DNA of 64,000 nucleotides from Escherichia phage warpig: sequence record MN850637.1; one strand, 5' to 3'. Shown piece by piece: positions 62,895 to 64,000 of this stretch (position 1 is its first letter; each line of letters starts with the position of its first letter). The notes under the pieces were generated by a model. It saw only the letters and a program-made list of their open reading frames with translations, ran no database searches and was not told where the DNA came from. The position numbers and the translations under genes were made by a program.

Positions 62895-64000
62895 ATGAGT
62901 TCGAATATCTTCAGACTTGCTGATAGATTATTCAACCAACCTTTACTAGCCACTGAATCATTAGCTCACTCAGCAGCAACTTATGTGAATAACAGATTGC
63001 TGGGTGATGTCCAAGCAGCAGTAAACTTTGATAAACCCAAAGGTGAAGCAAGAAGTCTTTTAAAAGTAAAAGATGACATTGCTATTATCCCTATCATGGG
63101 TGGTTTAACCCATCGTATGACATTCATTGATGCAATGTGTACAGGTGGATTAAGCTCTTATGAAGGTTTGCGTAGAGGCTTTGACGAAGCTTTAGCAGAT
63201 GAGTCAATCAAGACTATTGTTCTGCACATTGATTCTGGTGGTGGTGAAGCTTCAGGTTGCTTTGAATTAGCACGTCACATTATGGCTTCAAGAGGCCAAA
63301 AGAAAATTATTGCTTATGTAGATGAGTTCGCTTGTTCCGCTGCATACGCTCTTGCATCTTCTGCTGAAGAAATTATTGCATCACCAGATGCAGATGTTGG
63401 TTCTATTGGTGTAATTATGGTTCATCAGGAATTAACTAAAGCATTTGAAAAGAATGGCGTGACAATTAACGTCATCAAAGCTGGTGAGTTTAAAGGTATG
63501 GGTTCACCATTCCAAGCACTCTCAGAAGAAAGCAAAGAAAGACTTCAAAAGAGAATTAATGATACCTACGCAACCTTTACAGGTTTTGTAGCCGAATCTC
63601 GTAATCTCTCTGAAGAAGCTGTAAAGAATACTGAGGCGAATGTTTATTCTGCTCAGGAAGCTCTTGAACTTGGTTTAATTAACTCAATCATGTCTCAAGA
63701 TGATTTCTTAAATTACTTACAAGGTTCTGAAGAGGCTCCTGTAAGTTTAAACGTTAACAATTCAGGTGAAGAAATGACTGAACAAGAAAAGCAAGAACTA
63801 GAAGCTTTGCGTCTTCAGGTTGCTCAAATGAAAGCTAAAGAACAGGAAGCTGCTTTGTCAGATTTGACTAATAAGATTTCTGCTTCTGCTGAAGCTTTTG
63901 GATTTGATGCAAAAGAAGCTGCAACGACTATTTTAGGTGCTGGTCTTGATAACCCTCTGAGTGTTCTGTTTATGAATGCTATGGAAGGTGCTAACCAGAA
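62895..64000 (+). CDS. prohead protease (S49/SppA-ClpP family) with coiled-coil scaffold-like tail; partial, runs off window
   Basis: ATG at 62895 with RBS; S49-like core (IVLHIDSGGGEASG, DEFACSAAYALASSAEEIIASPDADVGSIGVIM), then Glu/Ala-rich coiled coil; no stop before window end. Confidence 0.7.
   Translation, partial: MSSNIFRLADRLFNQPLLATESLAHSAATYVNNRLLGDVQAAVNFDKPKGEARSLLKVKDDIAIIPIMGGLTHRMTFIDAMCTGGLSSYEGLRRGFDEALADESIKTIVLHIDSGGGEASGCFELARHIMASRGQKKIIAYVDEFACSAAYALASSAEEIIASPDADVGSIGVIMVHQELTKAFEKNGVTINVIKAGEFKGMGSPFQALSEESKERLQKRINDTYATFTGFVAESRNLSEEAVKNTEANVYSAQEALELGLINSIMSQDDFLNYLQGSEEAPVSLNVNNSGEEMTEQEKQELEALRLQVAQMKAKEQEAALSDLTNKISASAEAFGFDAKEAATTILGAGLDNPLSVLFMNAMEGANQ

Noticed and set aside
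1-64000. Prophage or integrative element boundaries, rRNA genes
   Set aside because: No integrase, recombinase, transposase, att-like repeat pair or rRNA-like sequence was seen; gene content fits a virulent phage throughout.

Overview
AT-rich segment of a large virulent dsDNA phage genome; no integrase, transposase or rRNA was seen. Layout: (1) 1-6.3 kb, minus strand: ATP-dependent DNA ligase, small ORFs, an HNH-AP2 homing endonuclease and a T7-like family A DNA polymerase split by an ORF-less group I intron. (2) 6.5-36.5 kb, plus strand: replication and nucleotide metabolism (dNMP kinase, gp4-like primase-helicase, SSB-like protein, 5'-3' exonuclease, NrdA/NrdB/glutaredoxin, NrdD/NrdG, a Prs-like + NAMPT-like pair resembling the NARP1 NAD+ reconstitution module, rIIA/rIIB, spanin-like pair, macro-domain protein) interspersed with HNH endonucleases. 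(3) 36.5-43 kb: 14 small early-type genes, most preceded by one of two conserved promoter/hairpin/RBS leader cassettes. (4) 43.0-44.56 kb: a 1.6-kb gene-free field of more than 30 YTGTTAR iterons, many at 10-11 bp spacing, between convergent transcription units; this is my lead candidate for an undescribed element. (5) 44.6-51.5 kb, minus strand: unknown genes, T4-type lysozyme, Ig-like repeat protein. (6) 51.8-58.5 kb: vWA protein, then a cluster of about 23 tRNA genes with an embedded HNH endonuclease, including three Leu-anticodon tRNAs that appear to have short variable arms and one tRNA-like locus with permuted half order. (7) 58.7-64 kb: large terminase, putative portal, prohead protease (runs off the window). 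All calls are from manual reading of sequence and the ORF track; no searches or folding tools were run, and tRNA isotypes and boundaries are hand-folded approximations.
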